In this document: positions 20,730 through 31,570 of the stretch, piece by piece
Layout of the letters: every line of letters begins with the position of its first letter
Numbering within the stretch: position 1 is the stretch's first letter
From: a virus
Length of the DNA: 64,000 nucleotides
Virus record (IMG/VR): IMGVR_UViG_3300035034_000461
Span: 1 to 64,000 of that record
Reading direction: 5' to 3' (one strand)
Notes under the pieces: model-generated
The model's input: the letters and a program-made list of their open reading frames with translations, nothing else
Told to the model about the DNA's origin: nothing
The model's database searches: none
Program-made: the position numbers and the translations under genes

Positions 20730-21512
20730 ATGCGAGACAAACTAATCATAGGTTCCCATGCAATGCGCCACTGGTTTCCTGACTTTCCACGAGAACCAAA
20801 AGATATTGATTATATCTCTAAGGATGATATCATGAGTAGAGAGGAAGAGCATCACTGGATTTCCGAGTTCCAATATTTCTTAGATAACAACGAAGATGAT
20901 ACATATTTGGATGCTAAACATCTAATCACTTTGAAGGAAAGTCATGCTGGATGGAATATCAATTGGGAGAAGACAATGCACGACATCACATTCCTACAAC
21001 GTAAGGGATTGAAAGCTGATAGGACTGTATATAGTAAATTGGTCAAAGGTTGGATAAAAATTCACGGAGTTCGGTGGGTATCGATGAAGAATAAGGATTC
21101 CACCACATTCTTTGAGGATGCTGTAGATCGTAAGTATGTGCATGATGATATCCACGAAGCTATCAGTGTATATGATAAACCTCTATTTGAATCCCTCGTT
21201 GTCGAGGGTGTGACATGCTCCGAGGATGGCTTTAATAAGTTGTCATATGAGGATAAAATCCTTTTGGTGAAAGAAGAGGTATGGGTGACAGCGTTGGAAC
21301 GATGGCTGATTCCCGAGGACTTCAAGATGCATCATCAGGTAGCATACTCCCGAGCATTGAAAAAATTGGCAACAACTATGTCATCAGGATATTTCAAATT
21401 TTTCATACTTGATAATTGGAATGATCTAAGGTATGATAGCTCTAAAGAATATATTGAGAAATTTAAACAAGCAGAAAAAAATAACAAAATAAGAAAATAT
21501 GAAAAGCATTGA
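20730..21512 (+). CDS. Phage protein with nucleotidyltransferase-like N-terminus
   Basis: LIIGSHA...KDIDY (GS/DxD); ATG at +24 of the element. Confidence 0.55.
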   Translation: MRDKLIIGSHAMRHWFPDFPREPKDIDYISKDDIMSREEEHHWISEFQYFLDNNEDDTYLDAKHLITLKESHAGWNINWEKTMHDITFLQRKGLKADRTVYSKLVKGWIKIHGVRWVSMKNKDSTTFFEDAVDRKYVHDDIHEAISVYDKPLFESLVVEGVTCSEDGFNKLSYEDKILLVKEEVWVTALERWLIPEDFKMHHQVAYSRALKKLATTMSSGYFKFFILDNWNDLRYDSSKEYIEKFKQAEKNNKIRKYEKH

Positions 21513-21951
21513 AGAGCAAATAGTAGATAAGGAAGCCGAGTTGGAACAACTTCGACTCAAGGCATCATCAGTAAAGAACTTTGAACCAACTCTCCCAAAT
21601 ATTATTGAGATTGTGAAGCAAGTTTGTAATGAATGCCAAGGAGGAGGAGATTACCAAATTGAGAGAGGGGGGGACTATCTATCTTTTGATGATGATGGTA
21701 ACTTCTTCACCATCCTGGGGGGTAAATGGAGATTTGAGGTTGTGGAACGTCGTGGTGGATATGAAGGCTGTGGAGAAGAACACTGGATCGCGTTCAAAGT
21801 CTTTTCCTCCAATGATTTTAGTAATGATCTAACATATTGGGAAATCCCCGGATACTATGCATCTTATGAAGGTGGTAATCTTGAATATGATGATATCTTC
21901 CAAGTTAAACCTAAAGAAAAAACAATTACAGTATATGAAAAAATTAATTAA
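21499..21951 (+). CDS. Hypothetical protein
   Basis: Overlaps the upstream gene; GYYASYEG...QVKPKEKTITVYE. Confidence 0.65.
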   Translation: MKSIEEQIVDKEAELEQLRLKASSVKNFEPTLPNIIEIVKQVCNECQGGGDYQIERGGDYLSFDDDGNFFTILGGKWRFEVVERRGGYEGCGEEHWIAFKVFSSNDFSNDLTYWEIPGYYASYEGGNLEYDDIFQVKPKEKTITVYEKIN

Positions 21952-22071
21952 TAAAATATATTTCTCCCTATATGCCACAGCCGTTTTGTTTTGGTGGCTC
22001 GTCGTGGAATTCTTTGAGTGGATCGGTGGAGTCGGTAAGAATAAAAACTAGAACATAATAATAATAACACT

Positions 22072-22377
22072 ATGAGACAAACAGCATTAATGGAATATAT
22101 TAGGAATGAATACAACAATCCATATGGAGTGTGTGTGGCCGTTCGGGTGGGAGATGAAATCAAATATGGGTATTCTCTCTGTAATGAGAAGGCCGATCAA
22201 TATGATAAGAAGTTGGGTATTCAAATTGCTACAAATCGGGCAATGAGTGATCATATTCTTCCAGAATCCCGTGAGAGGAAAAGTTTAATTTGGGAAAGTT
22301 ATGTATCTCTTCAGAACCGCGCCGTCAAATATTTCAAGGACGTTGAACACCCCGATATTCTTGGGGTGATATTATAA
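22072..22377 (+). CDS. Hypothetical protein
   Basis: Downstream of the element at 22042. Confidence 0.65.
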   Translation: MRQTALMEYIRNEYNNPYGVCVAVRVGDEIKYGYSLCNEKADQYDKKLGIQIATNRAMSDHILPESRERKSLIWESYVSLQNRAVKYFKDVEHPDILGVIL

Positions 22378-22611
22378 TGAGTGGTCATTTTTTTACATAT
22401 AGCGATGACGGTAAACTCATGACTCATATATCATTCTCTGATATATATGAGTATAAGGGATTCACCTTTGAATTCCATTCATATTGCGGACCGATTAAAT
22501 TAAACAAGGATTGGGAACCATCCAAAAGAACTGGAAGAAAATTCTATAAAATTTTGAGAGAATGGGATAAGCTATCTGAAGAAGCAAAAGAAGAAACGAG
22601 AATATAACAAT

Positions 22612-23100
22612 ATGAAATTACTAGGAGTTAAAAGTAAAACAAGATGTATCGCGTCTATCAGTCGGCACGACTATAGAACTCATTACAAATTAATGGCAGA
22701 TGGTGGCCAACCCAATACATTTGGATTTTCTGGATATACCAGAGGGCGGGGAGAAAGTTGTTGGTTTGAAGTTCCTCAGACCTTCTCGGAGTTATATGAA
22801 GATTACACATTTTGTGGATTTCGTCATAAGAAGCGTAAGTATGGTGTTTGGAAATTAGAAGACGTAAAAATTTTAGATGAGTCCGAATGGCCAAAGGACG
22901 ATGATATGGATCTTCTGATTGAGAATACCATTTGGGGAACATATGGTAAGGATGGGGGTGAGGATTTACATTACATTCATTTGAAGGATGCCGATACAGA
23001 TCATCTCAACAATATTCTAACGCAGGGATTACCTTCCGATGAGTTGAAAAATATAATTGGAACTATCCTCGTTAGGAGAAATCAACTAAAATATCCATGA
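22612..23100 (+). CDS. Hypothetical protein
   Basis: ADGG...WGTYGKDG...HL motif protein, in operon. Confidence 0.6.
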   Translation: MKLLGVKSKTRCIASISRHDYRTHYKLMADGGQPNTFGFSGYTRGRGESCWFEVPQTFSELYEDYTFCGFRHKKRKYGVWKLEDVKILDESEWPKDDDMDLLIENTIWGTYGKDGGEDLHYIHLKDADTDHLNNILTQGLPSDELKNIIGTILVRRNQLKYP

Positions 23101-23620
23101 AAATTGAAACACCGGAAGATATCAAGGAACTGAAAAAATATTCCAATCGGAGGGGATTTGTTGTAAGATTTAACCCCCCATCCAAAAAAGACGACTGTTC
23201 TCAAATTTGCAAATCCCTTATAGATGCGAAAATCATTGAAGAGAATCCTGATAAAGTATTTTCTTACCAAGGATTGTGGATATTTATATTCCAAGAGAAT
23301 AGTAAATTCGATGCCCCCGAATTCTATGGGAAATGCGAACATGTGGGAACAATGACTCAAATGTGGCAAGTTGATGATTTGGGTAGATTCATTGATGCTA
23401 TCCCTTTGTAAAAACTAGAATATAATAAAAATATGACAGAACATGATGAGTGGAACTTTGGCCTAGGAGCTAAGTATGGAAAAATCGATAATCGTGGGGG
23501 GCTAAATCCTTATCGTGCATTGGATGAGGATTGGTCTAACTTCCGAAAAGCAGTTTGGGGGGTTATAGATTACGCACATTGGCTTGAATATCAAAGAGGT
23601 TATCTATCCAAAAATCCGAG

Positions 23621-24103
23621 ATGAATATCTTCGCAATTGATAATGATCCCGTTCAAGCTGCAAGGTGGCTTGTGGATAAGCATATGAAAATGATGTTGGA
23701 GGGATGTCAGATACTTTGCACACTATTCCACAAGCAGGGAATAGAAGCTCCATATCGTAAAACCCACGAGAATCATCCTTCAACTCTTTGGGCTGGTAGA
23801 ACAAATGATAATCTACAATGGACAATTGATCATGCCCATGAGATATCCAATGAATATACATCGAGATATGGCAAGATTCACAAAAGCCTCAAAGTTTTGA
23901 AATGGTGTGATACGAATAAGCACCGCCTAGGATTTGATCAAGATGGCTTACAGAAATTTTCTTTGGCTATCAATAGTGATTCGATTTGTAGGACATTGGA
24001 TGAATGGGATGAGAGTGATTCGGTGAATTGCTATCGCCTATTCTATAAACATGACAAAGCACATTTGCATCAGTGGAAGAGAAATAAACCAGAATGGATA
24101 TAA
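23621..24103 (+). CDS. Pyrimidine-dimer DNA glycosylase (endonuclease V)-like protein
   Basis: MNIF.....P...A....DKH.KM.LE..Q.L, NHPSTLW, EY..RYGK.H. Confidence 0.75.
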   Translation: MNIFAIDNDPVQAARWLVDKHMKMMLEGCQILCTLFHKQGIEAPYRKTHENHPSTLWAGRTNDNLQWTIDHAHEISNEYTSRYGKIHKSLKVLKWCDTNKHRLGFDQDGLQKFSLAINSDSICRTLDEWDESDSVNCYRLFYKHDKAHLHQWKRNKPEWI

Positions 24104-24107
24104 TAAT

Positions 24108-24707
24108 ATGAAATACGAACTAACAGAAAATAAAAAGACATATTTAGGAATAACATTATATCAAATCAAAGCTCTTAAAAACTTTGGGAGTGTTAAGAGG
24201 GGCGATCTTGGAGGTTGGATTGAAGGGGAATCCAACTTATCACAAGAAGGAAATTCTTATGTGTATGGAAATGCTTATGTGTATGGAAATGCTAGAGTGT
24301 ATGGAAATGCTTATGTGTGTGGAAATGCTTATGTGTGTGGAAATGCTCATGTGTCTGGAAATGCTCATGTGTCTGGAAATGCTCATGTGTATGAAAATGC
24401 TAGAGTGTATGAAAATGCTTATGTGTATGAAAATGCTAGAGTGTATGAAAATGCTTATGTGTATGGAAATGCTTATGTGTCTGGAAATGCTATTATAGAA
24501 AAATCCGAGGACTATATAAACATTCCAAACCTACGATATAATCTAACTATCACTCCTCAAAATGTTGTTGGAGGATGTAGAATCTTCACACACAAAGAGT
24601 TTCGAGATCTTACATTAGAACAATGTGAAGACAGGAGATGGAGTCAAAAGGAATTGGATGCTTACAAATCAGTATTGACTTTGTTCTTATCCATGCAAGA
24701 ATACTGA
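24108..24707 (+). CDS. Hexapeptide-repeat (GNAxVY) beta-helix phage protein
   Basis: IKALKNFGSVKRGDLGGWIE head plus about 13 six-residue repeats. Confidence 0.85.
   Translation: MKYELTENKKTYLGITLYQIKALKNFGSVKRGDLGGWIEGESNLSQEGNSYVYGNAYVYGNARVYGNAYVCGNAYVCGNAHVSGNAHVSGNAHVYENARVYENAYVYENARVYENAYVYGNAYVSGNAIIEKSEDYINIPNLRYNLTITPQNVVGGCRIFTHKEFRDLTLEQCEDRRWSQKELDAYKSVLTLFLSMQEY
24249..24491 (+). repeat. 18-bp coding tandem repeat
   Basis: GGAAATGCTTATGTGTAT variants, about 13 copies. Confidence 0.9.
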
Positions 24708-24708
24708 T

Positions 24709-25077
24709 ATGAACGAAACATACTTAATAATTACGGGGATAGTGGCGGTGATATCAATCATCGGAATATACAATCGATGGTTTGATCAATTTGAATCTTT
24801 TACGAAATTTATAACAGTCATTCTATCAACTATGGCAGCAATTGTGATGTTAATGGGATCTTTTTTCGCGACCCTTGGGGATGATACCTCACATGATTAT
24901 AACGCAAAGACTGAAAGGATTGACGATGTTATTATTGTCAAATCTGGAGATTTTCCAATTCAAACAACTTCAGATATGAAATATATTGATAAGGAATTGT
25001 ATATTACAAGGACTCAAAAACATAACGCTTGGGGATTCCCCCTATTATATACATATGAAATCAAAATTAGACAATAA
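24709..25077 (+). CDS. Membrane protein
   Basis: Two hydrophobic segments. Confidence 0.6.
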   Translation: MNETYLIITGIVAVISIIGIYNRWFDQFESFTKFITVILSTMAAIVMLMGSFFATLGDDTSHDYNAKTERIDDVIIVKSGDFPIQTTSDMKYIDKELYITRTQKHNAWGFPLLYTYEIKIRQ

Positions 25078-25137
25078 TCGAAAGACCAAAAACATCCAAT
25101 GCAACCATTTGTATAAAAACTAGGATACACTTACCCC

Positions 25138-25581
25138 ATGCAGCTTTTAGAGTCATCAGGTAAAGTAGTCGTCAACAAATCAAAAGAGAGGATCGTTCTT
25201 GATACTTCTCCTGAGATTCTGGACTATTACCACTGGTTTATTAGGCGTAGATTCTGGATTGAATTGCAAAAACCTCTGCATGGCTCTCATATCACCATAT
25301 CTTTTCACAAATATAATAAAGATATTGACTGGCAACGTGCATCCTATTACGACGGAGAAACATTACCATTCAAATATGATGTAGAGGTCGTTAGAGGTGG
25401 TTATACGAAAGGATTTATCATGTTCTATCTGAAAGTGTATTCCGAGGAATTGGATGCGTTTAAGCGGGATGTGGGAATTATTGACGATTTTGGATATAAA
25501 GGACTTCATTTAACGCTGGGTAACACGAAATCAGGAGTTCGTCTTTGGTGGCCAGAAATGATCACGATTGATAAAAACTAG
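25138..25581 (+). CDS. 2H phosphoesterase-family protein
   Basis: Two HxT motifs: SHITI and LHLTLG. Confidence 0.7.
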   Translation: MQLLESSGKVVVNKSKERIVLDTSPEILDYYHWFIRRRFWIELQKPLHGSHITISFHKYNKDIDWQRASYYDGETLPFKYDVEVVRGGYTKGFIMFYLKVYSEELDAFKRDVGIIDDFGYKGLHLTLGNTKSGVRLWWPEMITIDKN

Positions 25582-25640
25582 GATATAATAGAATTATGAA
25601 AATTAAAAAAACACTAATTGGAGAAAAAGAATAATAGGAA

Positions 25641-26519
25641 ATGAGCATATATAAAACAGTTGTCCCGCCCATCAAGTGCCAAGGCATTAAAACCAAGCTT
25701 GTTCCCTGGGTTAGAGCGATCATTCCAACCGACTTTGATGGCACTTGGATTGAACCCTTTATGGGGTCCGGTGTGGTTGCTTTCAATATTCGCCCAAAGA
25801 AGGCGATTCTTGGCGACACCAATCCCCATTTGATCGCGTTTTACCAAGCGGTTAGTGATAAGAAAATTACGGCTGCATCGGTTCGTCAATTTCTTGAGAA
25901 AGAGGGGGCAGAGCTTCTCCGAACCGGAGGAGAGCATTACTACACCGTCCGAGAGCGATTCAACCTACACCATGATCCAATCGACTTTCTATTTCTTAAC
26001 CGCTCATGCTTCAACGGCATGATTCGATTTAACAAGAAAGGCGGCTTCAATGTTCCTTTCTGTCGAAAACCGAACAGATTCGCAAAGGCTTTGATTACCA
26101 AAATAGCGAATCAGGTTCAGGCCGTGTCTGATGCGATGAGCGTTGGTGATTACGAGTTTCATCTTCAGCCATTCAGTGAGACCATTGCCGTCGCTTCTGA
26201 GGGCGACTTTCTATATTGTGATCCCCCATATATTGATCGTCACGTTACCTACTTCAATGGTTGGGATGAGTCACACGAATTAGAGCTGGAGGAGGCTCTC
26301 GCATCCTCGCCGTGCCCATTCATCCTTTCGACATGGCACCACAATGATTACAGGCGCAATACATACATTGATTCTTTGTGGTCTAAATACAGCATTCTGA
26401 CGCGGGAGCATTTTTATCATGTTGGCGCGTCTGAAGCCAACCGGAACCCGATGATCGAAGCGTTGGTAACTAATTTCGATGCCACGATTGAAGATTCTCC
26501 TCTGGAATCATTTGAGTAG
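25641..26519 (+). CDS. Dam/D12-class adenine methyltransferase, M.EcoRV-like
   Basis: [35 protein letters not shown]; GC-richer than its flanks. Confidence 0.9.
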   Translation: MSIYKTVVPPIKCQGIKTKLVPWVRAIIPTDFDGTWIEPFMGSGVVAFNIRPKKAILGDTNPHLIAFYQAVSDKKITAASVRQFLEKEGAELLRTGGEHYYTVRERFNLHHDPIDFLFLNRSCFNGMIRFNKKGGFNVPFCRKPNRFAKALITKIANQVQAVSDAMSVGDYEFHLQPFSETIAVASEGDFLYCDPPYIDRHVTYFNGWDESHELELEEALASSPCPFILSTWHHNDYRRNTYIDSLWSKYSILTREHFYHVGASEANRNPMIEALVTNFDATIEDSPLESFE

Positions 26520-26684
26520 ATGCGTCTGCTCAAACCCGCTGCAAAATACAAGGGGATAACAAGTCGTGGCTGACCAACAGGCTACCCGTCGCGTGTCGAA
26601 AGGATCATGGAACAGAGAATTGGATACAGAAACTTATGATATCAAGGAAATATTTTTCACCTTATAATTTGAAATAATAAAAAT

Positions 26685-27089
26685 ATGAAAAGAGTAGTAA
26701 TTAATGAATGTTATGGGGGGTTTAGTCTTTCCCATGAGGCGGTGATGCGATACGCAGAACTGGTAGGGATGACGCTATATGCTGATAAAAAATATAGCCG
26801 GTATTCCTACTATAAAGTCCCTAAAGAGGAATATGACAAGGAAGCGAAAAAATCCTTGGAGGAATGTGGGAATTATAAAAATGTCAATAAGATGGGTATA
26901 TATTTTCACGACCGAGATATAGAACGTGACGATCCCAATCTGATTAAGGTTGTGGAAGAACTCGGAGAGGCTGCGAATGGGGAGTTCGCTGAACTTAAGA
27001 TTATTGAAATTCCCGATGACATTCAATGGGAAGTTTCGGAATATGATGGCATGGAGTCAATTCATGAAGTGCATAAGTCTTGGTCATAA
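26685..27089 (+). CDS. Hypothetical phage protein
   Basis: VVINECYGGFSLS...RDDPNLIKVVEELG...EYDG. Confidence 0.7.
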   Translation: MKRVVINECYGGFSLSHEAVMRYAELVGMTLYADKKYSRYSYYKVPKEEYDKEAKKSLEECGNYKNVNKMGIYFHDRDIERDDPNLIKVVEELGEAANGEFAELKIIEIPDDIQWEVSEYDGMESIHEVHKSWS

Positions 27090-27345
27090 AAACTAGAATA
27101 CAATAACGACACAATGAAAGCAACAATATGGAAAGCTTACTATCGCATGACAATGGGTAGGGAAGTAGCAGACAAAGCAATGGCCAATGCGTCCCTAATG
27201 GTGATTAATTTAGAGGGTTCAACGGCTGGAAAAATATCCCATTTTTATAATAATAATACGGGAGAACAAATTAGGGGCTGGACTAAGAGGAAATACTCAT
27301 CTTCCACTACCAACCAACATCCTCTAATTACAAAATATAACTGAT

Positions 27346-27642
27346 ATGAAATATATAACTTTAGTATTATTCGGAATCATCTCAACAATTTGGGAGGGAT
27401 ATGTCCTGAGTATCGTGTGGTCTTGGTTCATCGCTTCTAAATTTGATCTACCAGAATTGGGAGTCGTATCAGCAATTGGATTGATCATGGTTGCGAAGTT
27501 CGTAACCTTTGCATATATTCCGGCATATAAAAAGAGCGATGATCAGGCTACATTCCTACAAATTGTGGAATCAGTTACTTTCCGAGTTACGTATTCCACC
27601 ATAACTCTCGGAGTGGGATGGATAGTCCACCAATTCGCTTGA
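27346..27642 (+). CDS. Membrane protein
   Basis: Three hydrophobic segments. Confidence 0.65.
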   Translation: MKYITLVLFGIISTIWEGYVLSIVWSWFIASKFDLPELGVVSAIGLIMVAKFVTFAYIPAYKKSDDQATFLQIVESVTFRVTYSTITLGVGWIVHQFA

Positions 27643-27791
27643 TAAAAACTAGAATACAATAACGACACAATGAATACGAAAACACAAACACTGACATCAG
27701 ATCAGATCATCCACCAATTCGCTTGATAAAAACTAGAATACAATAACGACACAATGAATACGAAAACACAAACACTGACATCAGATCAGAT
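27626..27791 (+). repeat. 84-bp tandem duplication spanning an element and a gene start
   Basis: TCCACCAATTC...TCAGATCAGAT at 27626 and 27710. Confidence 0.9.
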
Positions 27792-28239
27792 TATCAACAA
27801 TCTACTCAACTCGAAGGGGCAATTTGTCCGAGTCGTGTGGAAGAGTGATGTTAAACCCGCAGCAATTCACAAGGACAAGGTTCTTGAAAAACGGACAAGT
27901 GCCGTGGTTCGATCTGGAGTCAACTTCGCCAATCTTTCCGCTGTGAAAGAGGGCATTGCCAATGATGAGAGGGGGGAAGTTCAAGAATTACCTTGGGGTC
28001 AATGGTTATCATTCCCATATGTCATCGAGCATAAAGATACTCTATATCTCCGTATGTATCCAAGTGATACTAAATCTACCACCGTCTATTATGTCAATGG
28101 TGAGACAGTGGATAAGAGCGACTTTATCGCACTTCTTACTCCATCGGAATCTAAAAAAATCACGGAAGGCGTGGCTCCTCCATGCTTCAACGTGAAGCGT
28201 GATAATATCATCTCAACTGAAGATTTTAACGAGGAATAA
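27754..28239 (+). CDS. Hypothetical protein
   Basis: ATG at +27 of the element. Confidence 0.7.
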   Translation: MNTKTQTLTSDQIINNLLNSKGQFVRVVWKSDVKPAAIHKDKVLEKRTSAVVRSGVNFANLSAVKEGIANDERGEVQELPWGQWLSFPYVIEHKDTLYLRMYPSDTKSTTVYYVNGETVDKSDFIALLTPSESKKITEGVAPPCFNVKRDNIISTEDFNEE

Positions 28240-28491
28240 TATGATTAAATTTACACAAGAAGATGACATTAAACCAACCCCAACCTTTGGAGACGTTGTA
28301 ATAGATCAATTCTTCGTAGATGGTGGTCAACTATGGCAAAAAATAGATTCTACGTCTGCTAATCTAATAGCAGCTGCCAATGGAAATCCATTATCAAATC
28401 ACGACTCAAAATATCATACAGATGATCCCATTGATAGGATCATCTCAAAGGTAACTAAAATCGAATTTTAATAATCTCAACAAAACAACAT

Positions 28492-28902
28492 ATGACAAAA
28501 AACAAAAAAACAGTAAACTGTATCGCACATAACGTAAGTAAGCCACAACGGGGAGTTACATGTAACACACCATCTACTAAAGGAGCGTTCGCATGTCTTC
28601 ATGCTAATCGCGGTGGGGTTGCTAAACTTCGTAAGAGGGGATTCACAGACACACAAATTGCAGCAGTGTTCCAACGCGCTGGTATGCCAGTTAATAATAT
28701 CGCAGTTCACAACTGGTCGAATGTTAATATGACAAGCCGCCCTAAGATGAAGTTTAAGATGGGAGATCTCGTCAAGCGTGGTAAGGAACTTTTGATCGTG
28801 CAATCGTCAAATCCAAAGCTCAAAACTATGGTGCTTATGGACAAGGACAATAAGAATATGGAGGTTCCTATGAAGCTCTCCATGTTCCGCAAGGTTTTAT
28901 AA
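28492..28902 (+). CDS. Hypothetical basic protein (possible HTH)
   Basis: LRKRGFTDTQIAAVF; stop is the TAA of an element. Confidence 0.55.
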   Translation: MTKNKKTVNCIAHNVSKPQRGVTCNTPSTKGAFACLHANRGGVAKLRKRGFTDTQIAAVFQRAGMPVNNIAVHNWSNVNMTSRPKMKFKMGDLVKRGKELLIVQSSNPKLKTMVLMDKDNKNMEVPMKLSMFRKVL

Positions 28903-29417
28903 AAACTAGGTTATACTCCACCCATGACAGAAGATAAAAGATTGTTTGGGTGGAGTGTAAAAAACCTTCGGACAGGGGAGGTTGTGAGATATTCAGCTTC
29001 CTATAATTTTCCAGTAACTAAAGATCATGTTATCTAATCTCCGAGTATTAGCGATTGGGCTGGTGGTGATCCTTTCAGGGTATATCCTCCTGAAGATGGT
29101 GAGAAATAGGAAATAATATGACACTTGATAAACTAAAAATAGCAATGGATAAGTGGTTTAGTAATCCACAGAATCTAATTGATTTTGAAAAAAAGATGGA
29201 AGAAATGAGCAATAGCGATCTTGATCATCTTCCTTGGGAGATGCGTAAAGAATATTGTTATTGTAAGAAAGAGGAAGATCATTGTGGGACATGTTCATGT
29301 GGAAAATCGGGACATATGCGATCAATGGGGATGGGAACAGATACATGGTGTGATGAATGTTATCAAATCGATTCCAAACGAATTCTCTATTAATAAAAAC
29401 TAGGATATTATGAAAAC

Positions 29418-29897
29418 ATGAAACTGGAAAGACTACAATTAGTTACTTCTAATCGTCCCTGTGATGTTATTAGATATTGGCATGAGGACAATCAGATGTT
29501 GTTAGATCCTCCATATCAAAGGGGGAATGTGTGGGGGGTGATTAGGCAACGCAATCTAATTCGTTCTCTCATTCAAAATATTCCAATTCCCTCAATCATT
29601 ATCAACGATAGATGGAAAGCAGGGTGGGATGATACATTATCATGTGTGGTCATTGATGGTAAACAGCGTATGACTACGTTCTTGCAATTCTTCTCAAGTG
29701 AATTGGAAATCCCCGGAGAGTGGTTGGGGATGGTCGGGATGGTAACATTTGATGATTTGGATCTTCCCACACAGAGATCTTTCAGACAAATGCCTTTGGC
29801 TTTTTCCGAAGGAACTTTGAAAAGTCTGGAAGATGAAAAGATGGTGTTTGATCTTGTCAATTTTGGAGGAGTTCCACAAGGGGAATCCGATTTATAA
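29418..29897 (+). CDS. DUF262/ParB-like (GmrS-type) domain protein
   Basis: PPYQRGNVW, LIRSL...PIPSI, VIDGKQR. Confidence 0.85.
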   Translation: MKLERLQLVTSNRPCDVIRYWHEDNQMLLDPPYQRGNVWGVIRQRNLIRSLIQNIPIPSIIINDRWKAGWDDTLSCVVIDGKQRMTTFLQFFSSELEIPGEWLGMVGMVTFDDLDLPTQRSFRQMPLAFSEGTLKSLEDEKMVFDLVNFGGVPQGESDL

Positions 29898-29918
29898 AAA
29901 CTAGGATACAATAAGGAC

Positions 29919-30254
29919 ATGAAATTCAAATTCATTAGATCAGCAATCGGACTTCCTTTATTCTTCATCGGAGTCGCACTTCCATATGCAACTTCGGGAG
30001 TTTACTTCTTCTATTTTCTGGGATGTTTCCTAGCATTGGGGGGAGCATATCAATTATCTAAGTGTGTCAAGCACGATGCGGAGGGAATGGGGTGGATGTT
30101 TTTGGGATTACCAATTTTCTTCCTATCCATGCAATACAACGCATATTTCTTTCTTGCAGATCTTGGTATCACGGGATTCACGATTGCAATCACAAGGATG
30201 ATGTCATCTCTGATTGGTGGATTGATGATTATGATGAGCTTTGGAAGGGAATAA
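29919..30254 (+). CDS. Membrane protein
   Basis: Four hydrophobic segments; ATG at +24. Confidence 0.7.
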   Translation: MKFKFIRSAIGLPLFFIGVALPYATSGVYFFYFLGCFLALGGAYQLSKCVKHDAEGMGWMFLGLPIFFLSMQYNAYFFLADLGITGFTIAITRMMSSLIGGLMIMMSFGRE

Positions 30255-30690
30255 TATGAAAAATATATAGAAGATGCTATTGAGATATCAATTGCGGATG
30301 ATGATGTTGAACTATTTGAAGATTTCTTAGACTTTGCAGATCGGGTTATTAATAATAGATATTTGCAACATAGGGGGGAAGCCTATAAGGGGAGTGCAAC
30401 TACTTTACCACTATTCGATTTTCGAATTAATCAAGTGAAGTATAAATTTGATCGATTTGAAGTATATTATGAGACTTCCAAAGTCATACATGATTTTGAA
30501 AAATTTGATGTAGATCCTAGATCCTTGTAGATAACTGGCAAGATCAAGTTGATGAGATGATTAATAATAGGGCTAAGGCGATGGTGGAAGAAAAATTTGA
30601 TAAAATCAGAGATAAAATTTCCGATTTTGAAAATACTCTTGATGAGTGGATTGTGGAAAGCTTTGGTAAAAACTAGAATACACTAGCAAC

Positions 30691-31467
30691 ATGAACGACA
30701 ACAAAATCAGGGAAAAGCTCGCTAAAATGCTCACTCTTGCTGGAGACAATACAGCAAGTCAGGGGGAGATTGACAATGCTCTTGCAATGGCAACTCAGAT
30801 GATGGTTAAGTATAACCTCACACGGGATGACATCGACATGTCTCAAGACGATCCTATCAAGAATATCAAATATTCATCTAATACCGCTTTTACACTATCG
30901 GGTAAAGTGTATGTGTGGGAACTTTCTTTAGCTCATTTCATCTCTGATTTTATGGGAACTGTGAATCATTATATCAATAGTGGGAGATATAACAAACGTC
31001 CCAATGGTTTGCAAGAATTTGACAGCAATGGGAATCCCGTTGCAACTCGTATGATCACATTCTATGGCGCGGAGGATGACTGTGAGATTGCAGTATCTTT
31101 ATATCATGAGCTTCAAAAAGCCATTCAAATGGCTGCGGTAGTTCGCTATGGTAAATGGGCTAAAGGGGATGGTGGAGTCTATTGTGAGGGATTTGTGCAA
31201 GGTCTTGTGGATAGTAATGTGAATGAGATTCAGAAACTTAAAGACTGCGATGCTCAAACCAATGCTCTTATTCTTGTATCGGAGCAAACACAACTAGCCA
31301 TTCGTTCGGGGGCGACATCGTGGTTGGCTAAGTCTAAGGGTATAAAGCTTCGTAAGACTCAGGGATCATCTGGTGCTTCGGGATCTGGTAATGCTAGGCG
31401 TGAGGGTCGCAATGATGGATCTAATTATGGGGTTGAAAAACAAGGCGCAACGTGTAAGATTGGATAG
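30691..31467 (+). CDS. DUF2786-family protein
   Basis: KLAKMLTLA.....GEIDNALAMA..MMVKYNL head. Confidence 0.75.
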   Translation: MNDNKIREKLAKMLTLAGDNTASQGEIDNALAMATQMMVKYNLTRDDIDMSQDDPIKNIKYSSNTAFTLSGKVYVWELSLAHFISDFMGTVNHYINSGRYNKRPNGLQEFDSNGNPVATRMITFYGAEDDCEIAVSLYHELQKAIQMAAVVRYGKWAKGDGGVYCEGFVQGLVDSNVNEIQKLKDCDAQTNALILVSEQTQLAIRSGATSWLAKSKGIKLRKTQGSSGASGSGNARREGRNDGSNYGVEKQGATCKIG

Positions 31468-31570
31468 TATGAACGATATAAAAGATAAGATTGATCTAAG
31501 TATGGGGTTGAAAAACAAGGCGCAACGTGTAAGATTGGATAGTATGAGCGATATAAAAGATAAGATTGAT
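31418..31570 (+). repeat. 75-bp tandem duplication across a gene junction
   Basis: GATCTAA.TATGGGGTTGAAAAACAAGG...AAGATTGAT at 31418 and 31493. Confidence 0.9.

Noticed and set aside
20234-20749. 171-aa minus-strand ORF
   Set aside because: Antisense to element-driven plus-strand units, with no recognisable motifs
24184-24498. MEMLMC-repeat ORF
   Set aside because: Alternate-frame shadow of the 18-bp GNAxVY repeat
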